64,000 bases of DNA from an uncultured virus (IMG/VR IMGVR_UViG_3300029258_001513) (IMGVR_UViG_3300029258_001513), one strand, 5' to 3'. Counted from the first letter of the stretch, positions 44,165-55,293 are shown. Made by a program: numbers and translations. Notes: generated by a model not told the origin, from the sequence alone.

Positions 44165-46117
44165 ATGGATACACGGGAAAGAATCAGAGAGCTTGAAGAA
44201 CAAGTACGGTATCACTCGGACCTGTATTTCAATCAGTCCAAGTCCGAAATCACCGATGCGGAGTTTGATGCCCTTGTGGACGAACTTCGTTCTTTGGCTC
44301 CCGAAAGTGCCGTGCTCGGTGAGGTCGGAGCGGTTCCGAGCTACGGTCAGAAGGTCAAGCACTCGTCCATAATGGGTTCTCTGGATAAGACCAAGGACGC
44401 TTCCGAGGTCGAGCGGTGGGCTCGGACGTACACGACCGATACCAGCCAGATTCCCAAGGTCACGGTCATGCCCAAGATGGACGGTGTTGCTGTCCGGCTG
44501 AACTACGACAACGGTAGGCTTGTTGAGGCGGCTACCCGTGGCAACGGCGAGGTAGGGCAGGCTGTCACCGACAACGTGCGGGTGATGAAGGCTATCCCGA
44601 ATACGCTCTCCAACAACTTCACAGGCGAAGTCCGGGGCGAGGTTCACATGCCCCGGTCGGCTTTTGACATCATCAACCAGCAGCTTCAAGCCGCAGGTGA
44701 GAAGACTTTCGCCAATCCTCGCAACGCGGCATCCGGTTCCCTGACGTGCCAAGACCCGCAAGTCACGGCAAATCGCAAACTGGACTTCGTGTGGTACGAC
44801 GTTTTCTGCGACGAGGAGTTTGCCACGGAGCGTGAGAAGCGGTTGTGGGGTTCGGTGAACCTGCCCGGTCTCAAGCCTGTCGAAATGCAGACCATCGAAC
44901 TCGACCGCTTCCCGGCGGTCGCCCTTGAGTGGGAAGCCAAGCGTGCGTCTCTGGATTACGACATTGACGGTCTCGTGATTTCTCTGGTGTCCATCGAGGA
45001 CCAACAGGAAGCCGGATGGAGCGGGCGTTGTCCCAAGGGCAAGCTGGCGTACAAGTTCAAGCCCGAGCAGAAGACCTCTGTGGTGCTCGACATTGACTTT
45101 CAGGTGGGACGCACAGGACGGCTTACGCCCGTGTGCCGCATTGAGCCGACCTACATCGCGGGTTCCACGGTGAGTAACTTGACGCTGCACAACTACGGTC
45201 GTGTCAAGGAACTCGGCGTTGTCGTGGGTGACGAGATTCTGTTCGAGAAAGCGGGTGACATCATCCCCGCCGTCATCCGGGTCACACAGAAAAAAGACCC
45301 GGCATTCACCCTGTTCCTTCCTCCTGAGATATGCCCTTCGTGCGGCGAGCCGGTTAGCTTGGACGAGAATGAGGTCAACCTGTGGTGCAAGAATCCTGCG
45401 TGCCCGGCGAAGCTCGAAGAGCGTGTCCTGCACTGGATAAAGAGGCTGGACATCCTCGGCATTGGTCCGGCGGCGGTCAAGGCACTGTGTTCCTACGGGC
45501 TCGTGAAGGATATTGCGGACCTGTACTACCTGACGCCCGAGAAGGTTGCTCACTGCATTTCCGGTGACACGATGCCGGGGCGTATCGTGGAGCTTATCTT
45601 GGAGAAGAACGAGGTTCCGTTCTGGCAGTTCTTGAGTGCTCTCGGCATCCACAATCTCGGACGCACGACATCGAAGCTCGTGGCAAATGAGTTCAAGTCG
45701 CTGGACAATCTCCGCGATACGGTGTGCCTCGGGACGAAGGGTTACGAGCGGTTGTGCCTGCTTGACGGGATTGGGGAAACGGTTGCCACCAACATCATTG
45801 ACGGTCTGAATCACATGTGGGAGACCATCGACCGTGTGACGGAGTGCATTGACGTGCTGGAAGTCAAAGATGCGACGGGTCCGCTGGCGGGTTTATCGTT
45901 TTGCATGACGGGAGCCCTGCCGTCCGGCACGAAGCGTGACGAGATGGCAAGGCGCATCGAGGCGGCTGGCGGCGAAGTGAAGTCCAGCGTGAGCAAGGGC
46001 TTGACTTACCTCGTGCAAGCAGATGTCAACAGTACATCGAGCAAGAGCGTCAAGGCTCGGAAGTATGGAACGGAAATCATAGACGAGACGATGTTGCTTC
46101 AGATGATGGAAGGCTGA
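44165..46117 (+). CDS. ligA: NAD-dependent DNA ligase
   Basis: PKMDG, ATRGNGEVG..T, FANPRNAASGSL, DGLV, QVGRTGRLTPV, C4 Zn finger, HhH, BRCT. Confidence 0.97.
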   Translation: MDTRERIRELEEQVRYHSDLYFNQSKSEITDAEFDALVDELRSLAPESAVLGEVGAVPSYGQKVKHSSIMGSLDKTKDASEVERWARTYTTDTSQIPKVTVMPKMDGVAVRLNYDNGRLVEAATRGNGEVGQAVTDNVRVMKAIPNTLSNNFTGEVRGEVHMPRSAFDIINQQLQAAGEKTFANPRNAASGSLTCQDPQVTANRKLDFVWYDVFCDEEFATEREKRLWGSVNLPGLKPVEMQTIELDRFPAVALEWEAKRASLDYDIDGLVISLVSIEDQQEAGWSGRCPKGKLAYKFKPEQKTSVVLDIDFQVGRTGRLTPVCRIEPTYIAGSTVSNLTLHNYGRVKELGVVVGDEILFEKAGDIIPAVIRVTQKKDPAFTLFLPPEICPSCGEPVSLDENEVNLWCKNPACPAKLEERVLHWIKRLDILGIGPAAVKALCSYGLVKDIADLYYLTPEKVAHCISGDTMPGRIVELILEKNEVPFWQFLSALGIHNLGRTTSKLVANEFKSLDNLRDTVCLGTKGYERLCLLDGIGETVATNIIDGLNHMWETIDRVTECIDVLEVKDATGPLAGLSFCMTGALPSGTKRDEMARRIEAAGGEVKSSVSKGLTYLVQADVNSTSSKSVKARKYGTEIIDETMLLQMMEG

Positions 46118-46120
46118 AAT

Positions 46121-46336
46121 ATGATAATCAAGGCAACAGAAAACTTCAAGGTGCTTGCCAGAAAAGCGAATGAGCCGGGTTCTCGTTTGGAATGGCGTGA
46201 AATCAAAAGCATCGAGATGGGCGACAAGGTTATGTGTGCCAGTGCGAAAACGGCTGACCTTGTTACCGTGACAAGGGTCATTCCCGGTGCCGATTCCAAG
46301 CAGCCGGTCAAAGTGATTGGGAAGACAAATGCGTGA
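46121..46336 (+). CDS. free-standing Hint/intein-like fragment
   Basis: IIKATENFKVL..LEWREIKSIEMGDKV resembles intein block B region, His replaced by F. Confidence 0.5.
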   Translation: MIIKATENFKVLARKANEPGSRLEWREIKSIEMGDKVMCASAKTADLVTVTRVIPGADSKQPVKVIGKTNA

Positions 46337-46667
46337 ACCTTGGTACGAAACGAAAGATGGTCCAATGGCACTTGTCGAGGTGCTTGGTGTCTATGCCAGA
46401 GTGTCTATAGGTATGGGACCGGATTGGTATGAAGTACGATTGAGGGGTGGCAAGTTGTTCTGTCTAACGGGGTATCATGCCTTTGTGGCAATTCGGGACG
46501 GGCAGGAAGTCCTCCTTCGGGGTGGTGAGTTTCGCAAGGGCGACCGGTTCTGGGTGGACGTGTCGGCATTTGGGGCTGATAAGTCGCTGACGGATGACAA
46601 GCGGAAGATGCAGATGGTTGGCTCGTACTTGGCAAACGGATTTAGGAAGAGTTTGTGCTCATCATGA
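46329..46667 (+). CDS. free-standing Hint/intein-like fragment
   Basis: YEVRLRGGKLFCLTGYHAFVAIRDG..GEFRKGDRFWV (TxxH); no Cys1 or terminal HN. Confidence 0.6.
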   Translation: MREPWYETKDGPMALVEVLGVYARVSIGMGPDWYEVRLRGGKLFCLTGYHAFVAIRDGQEVLLRGGEFRKGDRFWVDVSAFGADKSLTDDKRKMQMVGSYLANGFRKSLCSS

Positions 46668-48035
46668 ACTATCCCAAGGACTTCGAGACGTATTGGCAGC
46701 AGATTCTTGACGAGGAGGTCGAGACTCCGGCTTACAATCTCAAGCCTCGTCGTGACCTGTATACGGAGCAGTGTCTTGAGGATTGGAAGCAGGTCGTCTT
46801 CCGTCAGTGGAAGCAGTATGTTATGTATGTCAATGCGAGCAGGGGCACATGAGACCGTTCCGGGATGTTGAGCATATCGAGGAGCGTACCGGCTCGCGTG
46901 GCGGTCGGTACTGGTTACTCACTCTTTCCTGTGGGCACATTGTGACTAGGGACATCCCGAGGTTTCGTATTTGGAAAGCTCTGGATGGGCAGATGCCGCC
47001 AACGGCTCCGCACAGGGTCCAATGTCGGGTGTGTGAGTCAGTGGTAAGAAGGGAGCAGCATGAAAAGGCGATTGGTGCCGGGAGAGAAGTGCGAACAGCC
47101 GGGGTGTGACCGGCTTGCGGATGTCATCGTCTATGATGAGAACGTGCCCGCACTTCGGGCTGCTTGTGAAGAGCATGGCGATGAGATTGTAGAGCGGGGC
47201 AAGACGGGCGTGGGTTCACCGGAGTATAATGTCGATTGCCCGAATTGCGGGTGTCATTTCGGAGTTGGATGATGATTCAGCAGCTTGATTGGATACAGGC
47301 GACGTTCGCCGGTCGGATGGTTGCTCTCGCCGAAACGGGTCTTTCTTACGGGGAAGCGGTGGACGAGTACCATGACGACTGGAAGAAGTTGTCTCCCGAT
47401 GTCCGTGAAAAGCTACGGTGTGTTCCTACTGCTAAGATTCGTGAGCCGTGGATGACGGAGAGCCCGGATGGGCGAAGAGTGAACACCGATACGTTACTCC
47501 GGCGAGCCGAGCATGAAATCAGTTACGGTGCGAAGCGAGCTATCGAGATGTATCTTCCGGTGTGGGAGAAGGGACCAGCCTTGGAGTTGTTCAACAAGTG
47601 TGCGGAGCATCATGCTTTGTGTAGAGGGGAAATCGAGAAGTGCCGGGCTCTCATGGTGGAGCTTGGAATGGAGAATCCGTAATGACCAAGACGCATTGGA
47701 ATACTGACGACGTTATTGGGGCTATCAAGGGTAAGCTGCCGAACGTGACGGTGGATAACACGGGTCCGGGAGGTGACGTGGATACGGACAATCTCGTTGT
47801 CCGGCTGCCCGGAGGCGGGAATCTGTTCCTTTGCGGATTTATCACCGATGGCGACTTGGGGGCGAATCGCAGTGACGTGGACGTGGAGATGGTCGAGCTT
47901 TCGGCGGGCAAGGACAGCCGGGGCGGTCTGCACGGGGTTATCGACCCCGAAGTGGGCGTAGCTTACGGCAACATTCACGCCGTGCTTGTCGGGCTCGGGT
48001 TCAGCGTCGTGCCGTGTCTCAAGGATTACTTCTGA
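46664..48035 (+). other. run of five small coupled hypothetical ORFs (46664-46852, 46849-47109, 47060-47272, 47269-47682, 47682-48035)
   Basis: Mostly ATGA/TAATG overlaps; no family recognised. Confidence 0.6.
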
Positions 48036-48067
48036 CCGAAACCGAGTCCCGGAGTGTATAGTAAGGC

Positions 48068-48694
48068 ATGAACGCACAGCAGGTACTTGAAGAACGCAAG
48101 ACGGAACTGACCCGGAGACGTAACGAGAACTCTCTTCTCAAAAGGCAGATGGATGCCCTTGAAGAGAAGATGGTCGAGTTGACGGAGAATCTCACTGTTG
48201 GTCAAGAGGCACTTTCTTTTCTCGAAGACCTTGCCAATGCCCGGCGTGGTAGTATGAAGGGTCGCATCGAGTCTATCATCACTGAAGCCCTGCGGCTCAT
48301 CTACGACGACTCGTACAGTTCCGAACTGACTTACAGCGTGAAGAACAATCGCAGTCACCTTGCTATCGAGATGGTTCGTGAGACCAAGCAGGGGACGGTG
48401 CGGCGTGACATGGGTGGTTTCGGAGGCGGCTTGGCTGATACGATGAGCGTGCCTCTTCGCCTCATGGTGCTCATGGGAGCCAAGCAGACTGACAAGGTGT
48501 GCATCTTGGACGAGTGCTGGAAGCACATTGACCCGGACAGGGTGGAGCTTGTAGCGAGATTTCTGCGTATCCTTGCTGACAGGCTTGATATTCAGGTTGT
48601 CTTCTTGACGCACCATCCGACCATGCGTGACTTTGCGGACAAGGTGTTCGAGGTGAAGGAAGTTGAAGGAACGTCGATAGTTGAGATTTTCTGA
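48068..48694 (+). CDS. SbcC/Rad50-like ABC ATPase, C-terminal half
   Basis: Coiled coil, GGG signature-like loop, CILDE Walker B, QVVFLTH H-loop; no Walker A. Confidence 0.85.
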   Translation: MNAQQVLEERKTELTRRRNENSLLKRQMDALEEKMVELTENLTVGQEALSFLEDLANARRGSMKGRIESIITEALRLIYDDSYSSELTYSVKNNRSHLAIEMVRETKQGTVRRDMGGFGGGLADTMSVPLRLMVLMGAKQTDKVCILDECWKHIDPDRVELVARFLRILADRLDIQVVFLTHHPTMRDFADKVFEVKEVEGTSIVEIF

Positions 48695-48703
48695 ACTCCC
48701 GAT

Positions 48704-48724
48704 TGAGCCGGGGTGTATAATCGG
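48704..48724 (+). promoter_or_regulatory. 21-bp element TGAGCCGGGGTGTATAATCGG (class 2 promoter)
   Basis: Intergenic; identical to 29442-29462. Confidence 0.65.
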
Positions 48725-48742
48725 GCAGGAAGGAGAACAATC

Positions 48743-49279
48743 ATGCCGAAGAAAGAAATCAGAATGATAACAGCGTCGGCGGACCAAGCGGCAATCATTG
48801 ACAAGGGTGCCGATGTCAAGACACGGCTCGACAATCTGACTTACGAGGACAGGGGAATCAAGCTCAAGATTGGCGAGATGGCTGCCGGAGAAATGGCTGA
48901 GGGTGAAACGAACATCCGGCTGGAGGGGAGAGAGGCGGTTGCTACGGTTACTGCTTCAGAGAGATTTACGGTCAAGGCAAGTGCCGAGCGGTATCCAGCC
49001 CTTCAGACTGCCGTAAAGAATGGATTCCTACGAAGTGTAGTGACGGTGAAGCGCGACCTCGTGGTGCCCCCGGATGATGTGGCGAGGGCAGCCGAGGCTC
49101 TCAGGGCTGCTGGCATTACGGCGAACGTGGTTGAAAGTTTGTCGGTCAAACCCGACGACGTGCGTACCATGCGAGCATCGGAGGTTGCCAGTACGGAAGA
49201 GCACGAAGCTCGACGGGCACTTGAAGCCTGCATGGATAGCGATATTACATACAGGGTAACGTATAGCAACAAGGGGTAA
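48743..49279 (+). CDS. hypothetical protein
   Basis: AAGGAG RBS; 178 aa. Confidence 0.75.
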   Translation: MPKKEIRMITASADQAAIIDKGADVKTRLDNLTYEDRGIKLKIGEMAAGEMAEGETNIRLEGREAVATVTASERFTVKASAERYPALQTAVKNGFLRSVVTVKRDLVVPPDDVARAAEALRAAGITANVVESLSVKPDDVRTMRASEVASTEEHEARRALEACMDSDITYRVTYSNKG

Positions 49280-49283
49280 TGTG

Positions 49284-51855
49284 ATGTCTCCGGTGAATGA
49301 AAAGCAAGACCAGACCTTTGAGGGGTGTTACGGCGAAAAGGTAGCTTACGCGGACCTTCTGACTTTCCTGCAAGATTCCTTTGCGAATAACAGGGCTGCT
49401 GAGGAGTCGGGTTCCGAGGAGCGTTTCGCGACGTGTATCTGGGGACACTCTGGTATCGGCAAGTGCGTTTCGGGGGATACCCTTATTGAAACAAACAAGG
49501 GGATGATGCCCATTCACGATCTGTTTCCCCTGAATACGACAGGCGACGTGGAAACGGAGATAGCCGCACCCCGAGGATTGCATGTGTTTTCGGTAGCGGG
49601 GATGAAGCCAGTATCTCATCTTTACTATGGTGGAGTCAAAGAATCCATTCGTGTCGTGACGGAATCTGGACGTGTTCTAGTGGGCAGCTATGCCCACCCG
49701 GTGCGTTCAATCCGTCCGGGGCTTGATGATGCCGGTGTCCCATTTCGACGGCTGTCTGACATACAGTTGGGAGACTTTGTGGGAATATCTATTGGAGCGG
49801 ATGCCTCATTGCCGGTTACAGACGACCCGGACGCTGCCATGTGGATGTGGCATGGAGGCGAGCCACTGACGTTGCCCGTTCCTGCTCGGACGTTTCGGAC
49901 AAAAGACTTTCAGACGCCAACCCACATGAATGAGGATTTGGCCTTTATCTTGGGGGTGCTGGTGGGGGAGGGAACCTGTACATATCAGAACACAATCAGG
50001 ATGACACAAGAAAAGAGTAAGCCGCTTACGGGTCGGTATCTTGATGCGTGTCAGAAGGTGTTTGGAGTTATGCCAAAGGGGTCTCCCGACAAGCGAACAG
50101 AGGCAACGTGCAACTTCAACTTGAATCGTTCTGATTTGCGACGATGGCTTGCGTCCATTGGATTGGGGTACGAAAGGGCTGATGACAAGTACGTGCCGTG
50201 GTCTATTTTGCGTGCCAGAAGAGACGACAAGGTGGCATTTATTTCTGGAGTCTTCGAGTCCGAAGGGTCGTCAGAAAAGTCTGGAATGAGTCTGTCGTCT
50301 AATTCGGACAGGTTGTTGTCTGAGTTGCAAGTGATGCTTACGTCTTTGGGCGTGATGTCTTACATCAGTCCTAAGACGAAGGCGTCTTCCCGATTGTGGG
50401 TGACAGGAGAGGACGCACGCAGGCTTCATGGCATGATTCATTTCAGCCGAGCAAAAGGGGGTTGGATTTCAGCGAGGGGCAATCCTAATAACAAGGGTGT
50501 TCCATCGCATGTTGCAAGGGCTGTTCTTTTGCGGATGAAAGAGTCGCACTTGCGTAATGGCGGAAGGCTTACAAAGAAGCTAATTCATTCGGCACCGTTG
50601 AACAGGCTTTATAGCAGGTCGTTTCTAAAGCATGGTCGGTGGTCGAAGGACATGATTCGTAGAATTGCCGGGTTGCTCGACTGTGCGGGACTGGATTGCC
50701 AAAACGAATTAGCTGTTGTTATGTCATACGAGTATGAGCGGGTTGCCTGTATTGCAGACAACGGAAGAATCCCGTTGTATGACGTGTGTGTGCCGGATGG
50801 CAATGAGTTGGCAGGGAAAGAAGTACGATGGCTACCGAGTCATTGACGTTCCTCTTGCCCAGTTCGAGGAGATGGGCGATTTGCATGGTATGCCGTCTCG
50901 CCACGTCTTGCTTTTCAAAGAGAATGGCAAAGGTCCGGTGGAGCGTTGGGTGCCCGAGGAAGTCGTCAAGGGTTACTTCGATGATGGTTGGAAGATGAGG
51001 CACCATGCAGGCGTGCGTACCATGTATGCTCCCCCGGATTGGGTGCCTCACGAACCCGGTCCCACCATCCTTCTGCTCGATGACTGGAACCGGGCGTCTG
51101 TCCGTATCGTCAAGGGCGTCATGCAGTTGCTTCAGAACTACGGCATGGTGTCATGGAAGCTGCCGCCGGGTTGCAACATTGTTCTGACGGCGAACCCTGA
51201 CGAGCAGGAGTATCTGGTGACTTCTCTGGACCCGGCTATCCTGACACGTATCCGTTCCATCACGCTCAAGCACGACGCGAAGGAGTGGTCCGTATGGGCT
51301 CAGGGGGCGGGTATTGACTCTCGTGTGATTTCGTGGGTGCTCCAGTACCCCGAGATGATGATTGGCAAGGAACGCACGAATCCGCGAACGATTGCCGAAG
51401 CGGGTCGGTCCTGCCGTCACATCACGGACATGACGACGAAGGAAAACGTGCGTCGGTTCCAGATGCAGGCGAGTGCCGTGCTGGACGAAGAGACCGTTTC
51501 CAGCATGACGGTCTTCATGCAGCGTGACGTGGAGTTAGTTGTGGAGCCACAACAGATTCTCGATGGCGAGGAGTGGATACCAAAGCACATCAAGAAGCTC
51601 ATGGAGGGCAAGGAGAAGCGTGTGGATGTGCTTGGGGTCATCTGTGACCGTCTGTTCGCCTATGTCGTGCAGCCGGACACGGAAGCCACTCCCGAGGCTG
51701 TCAAGAATTTCCAGAAGTTCCTGACGGCGAAGGAAGTCCCCGAGGACATGCGACACAACATCTGCCTGCGTGTGGCTCGTGTTCCAAACGGAGCGGCGTC
51801 GGAGTGGATTCTTCACAACCAAGTGTTGACGAACATGATTCTGGACGTGGTCTAA
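49284..51855 (+). pseudogene. AAA ATPase (MoxR-like) with intein in Walker A; frame break near 50808
   Basis: IWGHSGIGK|C; downstream frame has LAQFEEMGDLHGMP, ILLLDDWNR, LTANP, LDPAILTR, NPR. Confidence 0.8.
49464..50808 (+). mobile_element. intein with LAGLIDADG endonuclease, C-terminal block G missing
   Basis: CVSGDTLI (A), GSYAHPV (B), LGVLVGEG (C), FISGVFESEG (E), LYDVCVPDGNE (F); no ANG..HN. Confidence 0.88.
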
Positions 51856-51888
51856 CGGTTAGACTTGGCCCACCTTTGGTCTGCCGTG

Positions 51889-51923
51889 GAGAGCCCGGCC
51901 CTTTGGGGTCGGGCTTTTCGTTT
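51889..51923 (+). terminator. intrinsic terminator
   Basis: GAGAGCCCGGCCC-TTTG-GGGTCGGGCTTTT then CGTTT. Confidence 0.8.
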
Positions 51924-51950
51924 CAGAATTTCGACTAGCTTGTGCAATGA
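51923..51950 (+). promoter_or_regulatory. TCAGAAT-N12-GTGCAATG motif, copy 11
   Basis: Abuts terminator; ATG 51957 only 6 nt downstream. Confidence 0.75.
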
Positions 51951-51956
51951 GTTGGT

Positions 51957-52268
51957 ATGAGATTGGTGGAGCCCAAGGATTTCGAGGTTTCGTGGGGGTA
52001 CAAGTACGTCCGCTTTGCGGATGGCACCGTGCTGTTTTGCGATGCTGCTGACCCATGCAGTTCCCACAAGCAGGTGGTCGATTCCAAGCCTGACGTACCC
52101 GCTTTCTCTGCCGGGACTATCCGGGTGAGGGACAAGTCGTGGTGCGTCAAGGAAGGTGGCAGCAGCACGGCGAAGCTGCCCCGGATGCCCAGTGACGAGA
52201 AGTATATCCAGCGGGCTCTGGAGCCTTTTGGTTACAAACACGACGAGGAACTGTGGTACTCTCTGTGA
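51957..52268 (+). CDS. hypothetical protein
   Basis: Between two promoter motifs; KYV..H..SAG pattern. Confidence 0.7.
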   Translation: MRLVEPKDFEVSWGYKYVRFADGTVLFCDAADPCSSHKQVVDSKPDVPAFSAGTIRVRDKSWCVKEGGSSTAKLPRMPSDEKYIQRALEPFGYKHDEELWYSL

Positions 52269-52273
52269 TTTTT

Positions 52274-52300
52274 TCAGAATCCGATTCTTCTTGTGCAATG
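52274..52300 (+). promoter_or_regulatory. TCAGAAT-N12-GTGCAATG motif, copy 12
   Basis: Intergenic, before AGGAGG RBS. Confidence 0.75.
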
Positions 52301-52315
52301 GTTGGGTAGGAGGAC

Positions 52316-53578
52316 ATGACGATGAGAATGGCAGATTGGCATGAGACCCCGGATATCGAAGTGGAAGCTGACCGTTACGAGGACGAGATGCGTGCCTTGC
52401 GTGAGATAGCCGAGGGTGAGGCTGTCGTGATGGCTTGTCCTGTGCGTGAGGTTCCGGTGGACGAACTGACGGCGGTCGAGGTGCTCGCCGACAAGGTGGA
52501 GCGGGAACTGGCGTTCCTGATGTGATGATGAAGAACGTGCGTAAACCAGTGAAAGAGGGGTTGGACTTCGTGCGTGATGGGAACTGGAATCCCGTCAAGC
52601 GCACGCGGGCGGGCGTGATTCGTCTCGGGTGGAAGATTCGTGACGCGGTGGCTCGGAAGTATGGCTTTGTCCCGGTCGTGTGTGACTGTGGCGACTACTT
52701 CCGTCTGAGCTTCGCCAAGCCGGAACCCCGGAGGATGTGATGAATCTCAAGGGCACGGTGATTGTGGATGACAAGGGCAGCGGCAGGAAGCCCAATCGTG
52801 GCTTGCTTCGCTATCTCAGGGGTGTTGCTGCGAAGACAGGTGATATCCGTCTGGAGTTTGCATACCGGGGAAGCTGGTGTGATGATAGAGATGACACATG
52901 GAGAATGTACGCCCCTCGTTATCTGTGGAGGCACAATGTTCACAGTCCTCGGGCTGTCAGTTATGCGGACGGTGCCCGACCCATCGTGAAAGCCGGGCTT
53001 GTATACAAAGCCACGGTGACGAAGTGGAATAAGCGTCTGGCGGCATTGCGGGAGCTTCCTTCTCGGGTCAGGAAACTCAAGGGGATGGATGTCATAGCAA
53101 CGCAGTGCGGAATTTATCCGAATGGTACTGTTCATTTCGGTTCCCCTCACGGATTTGTATGGAAGGCAACGGGTGATGATGGCTATTGGAAAGGCTACAA
53201 GCCCGGTGAGGAGAGAAAAGCCTTGAAGATGCTTCGGGGTGGGCTGGTGAAGAGATGAGGAAGGATTGCCAGAACTGGCTGGAGAGGAACAGGGGGCACT
53301 TCGGAACCCATGGCGGGTTGCCGGGTGAATTTCATCGTGAGTTCATCTTCGGCTGTCTTGGACCGGGCAAGCCCGTGGCTATCGAGACGGTCCACGGTCA
53401 GATTGTGACCGGGAAGGTGGTCATGCGTGGTCCCGCCGGATGGGTGGCTTGTGACGACCGGACGGGCGGGGCTCGTCCTCTTATCTGTGACGAACGCAAC
53501 ACGGTCTGGACGACGGGTATCTACTTCAAGCGTGAGAAGGGTCGTGTGAACCAGTCGATATGTTCGAGGGACGCATGA
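52316..53578 (+). other. four coupled hypothetical ORFs (52316-52525, 52522-52740, 52737-53258, 53255-53578)
   Basis: GTGA/ATGA overlaps; no family recognised. Confidence 0.65.
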
Positions 53579-54060
53579 AAACAGGGAACCTGATAGTGCT
53601 CGTGGGGATGCTTGTCTTAGTCGGCACGGGATGTCTGGCGGGCGAGAAGATTCGCAACTGGACCGGGATTGTGGTCCATCACAGCGATAGCGGTCCCGAG
53701 ACAACGAGAGACGACATCGACCGCTGGCACAAAGAGCGGGGCTGGGATGGTGTTGGCTACCACTACGTCATAGAGTGGGATGGGACGGTCAAGGTCGGTC
53801 GCCCCTTGTCCAAGGTAGGAGCCCATGCCAAGACGGGCAAACCGTACAATCGTAATGGCACGCATATCGGTATCTGTCTGGTTGGGTGTGACAAGTTCAC
53901 GGCGAAGCAGTTGTCCAACCTTCGGAAGTTCATTCTCGTGCTCGCTGACGGTTTAGACATCAAGAGTGTCGAGCGGCATCACGAGAACTGTCCCGGACCC
54001 GGTGTGGACGTGGAAGCGTTGAACAGGATGGTTCAGAATCTTGCCCGTCCCGTGCAATGA
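53575..54060 (+). CDS. N-acetylmuramoyl-L-alanine amidase (Amidase_2, T7 lysozyme-like) with hydrophobic leader
   Basis: IVVHHS, DIDRWHKERGWDGVGYHYVI, GRP..GAHA, IGICLVG, H..CPG. Confidence 0.92.
   Translation: MKTGNLIVLVGMLVLVGTGCLAGEKIRNWTGIVVHHSDSGPETTRDDIDRWHKERGWDGVGYHYVIEWDGTVKVGRPLSKVGAHAKTGKPYNRNGTHIGICLVGCDKFTAKQLSNLRKFILVLADGLDIKSVERHHENCPGPGVDVEALNRMVQNLARPVQ
54033..54060 (+). promoter_or_regulatory. TCAGAAT-N12-GTGCAATG motif, copy 13
   Basis: Overlaps amidase stop; upstream of 54079. Confidence 0.75.
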
Positions 54061-54078
54061 TGGAGTGGGAGGACAGCG

Positions 54079-55250
54079 ATGAAACAGTGGGTTCGCGTGC
54101 AGGGCGAGATTGCGGAGTTGGCGGCTTCTGTCGAGAACAAGGCTCTGTCGCAGTACCAGTACAGCGTGAAGGAAAACGTGCTCCGTGGAATCCTCAAGGA
54201 AGAGGAAGTCGCGGACCATGCTTTCCGCACGGGGCTCGTGGCGGCTTTGACTCAGAAGTACGATTGGGTTGTAGCTGATTTGCTTCGGCTGTGTGCCGAC
54301 ATTATGGAAGACGCTAACGACCACGACACGGCAGCCGAGCTTCGGGCGAAGGCTGTCAAGGATGATGACTGCGAGGAAGTGGAGGACTGACATGGGACCA
54401 GAGTTTTTCCAGACAGGAATGGGTCGCAAATTTTACGAAGCCGATGTTCCACGGATTGCGAAGGGCATCGAACGGTTGGCGGCAGCCGTTGAGAAGCAGA
54501 ATGAGTTGATGGAGCGGTGTCTTCAGTTGCAGGTGTCTCCTGACAGCCTCAAAACTCTGACGGGTCCATTCATGACTTCGGAAGGTGACGAGCGGGAGGT
54601 TCCACAGAGGAATCTCAACACCGAGCTATGTCGTTGGCACGCGACGTATGCCAGCAAGAGCGTCAAGGCGGAGCATGTAGGAGAACTGTATCATCTGCTG
54701 ATGAACAAACTGCCGTTCATGGTCGCCCAAGTGGATAGTGGCGAATCTGAGGCTTGTGAGGCTGCCGACAGGGTGGTGCTTCAGTGGGTTCAGGAACACA
54801 CGTCGTTGGAAACGGACGGTAAGTCGTACCGGGCACTGGCGGAAATGGTTACGGGGTTCATCACCGATGAAATCGAGAATGCGGAAAGAGCGTTTGAATG
54901 ACGGCACGGGGGTTCTCCCGACGATTCCCTTGAGCCCGGTTGACCTTGCGGTTGTTCTGGCTCAGGTTCGTCAGGCGTCTCGTCCCGGCAGGCGGGAGGA
55001 CGGGACTCGCGTTCACGTTCACTACAGGGCGTTCGGTGTGCCGACCGTTCGGGCGAAGGAAGAGGCGAAGCGGGCTGCCGAGCTTGGGCTCGACCGGGAC
55101 CGGTATACGGGCCGGGTCAGCAAGGTCTGGAAGGCTGAGGATGGAAGCCTGTGTATCCGCTTGTGGGTGGAGCTTGAGAGGAAGCATCGCTACCGGACCC
55201 TGAATGCCACGAAGGGGCAGATTTTCAAGTTCGTGGTCATGGGAGGTTGA
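54079..55250 (+). other. three hypothetical ORFs (54079-54390, 54392-54901, and one ending 55250)
   Basis: GGAGG RBS for first two; FFQTGMGRKFYE motif in second; third start uncertain. Confidence 0.6.
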
Positions 55251-55293
55251 TAATCGTTTGATACGAGGGGTATAGTGTAGAAGGCGAGGAGAG

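Noticed and set aside
26743..45814. Long minus-strand ORFs (26743-27999, 39082-40338, 42934-43998, 43925-45814)
   Set aside because: Antisense shadows of well-supported + strand genes with biased codon usage; no motifs
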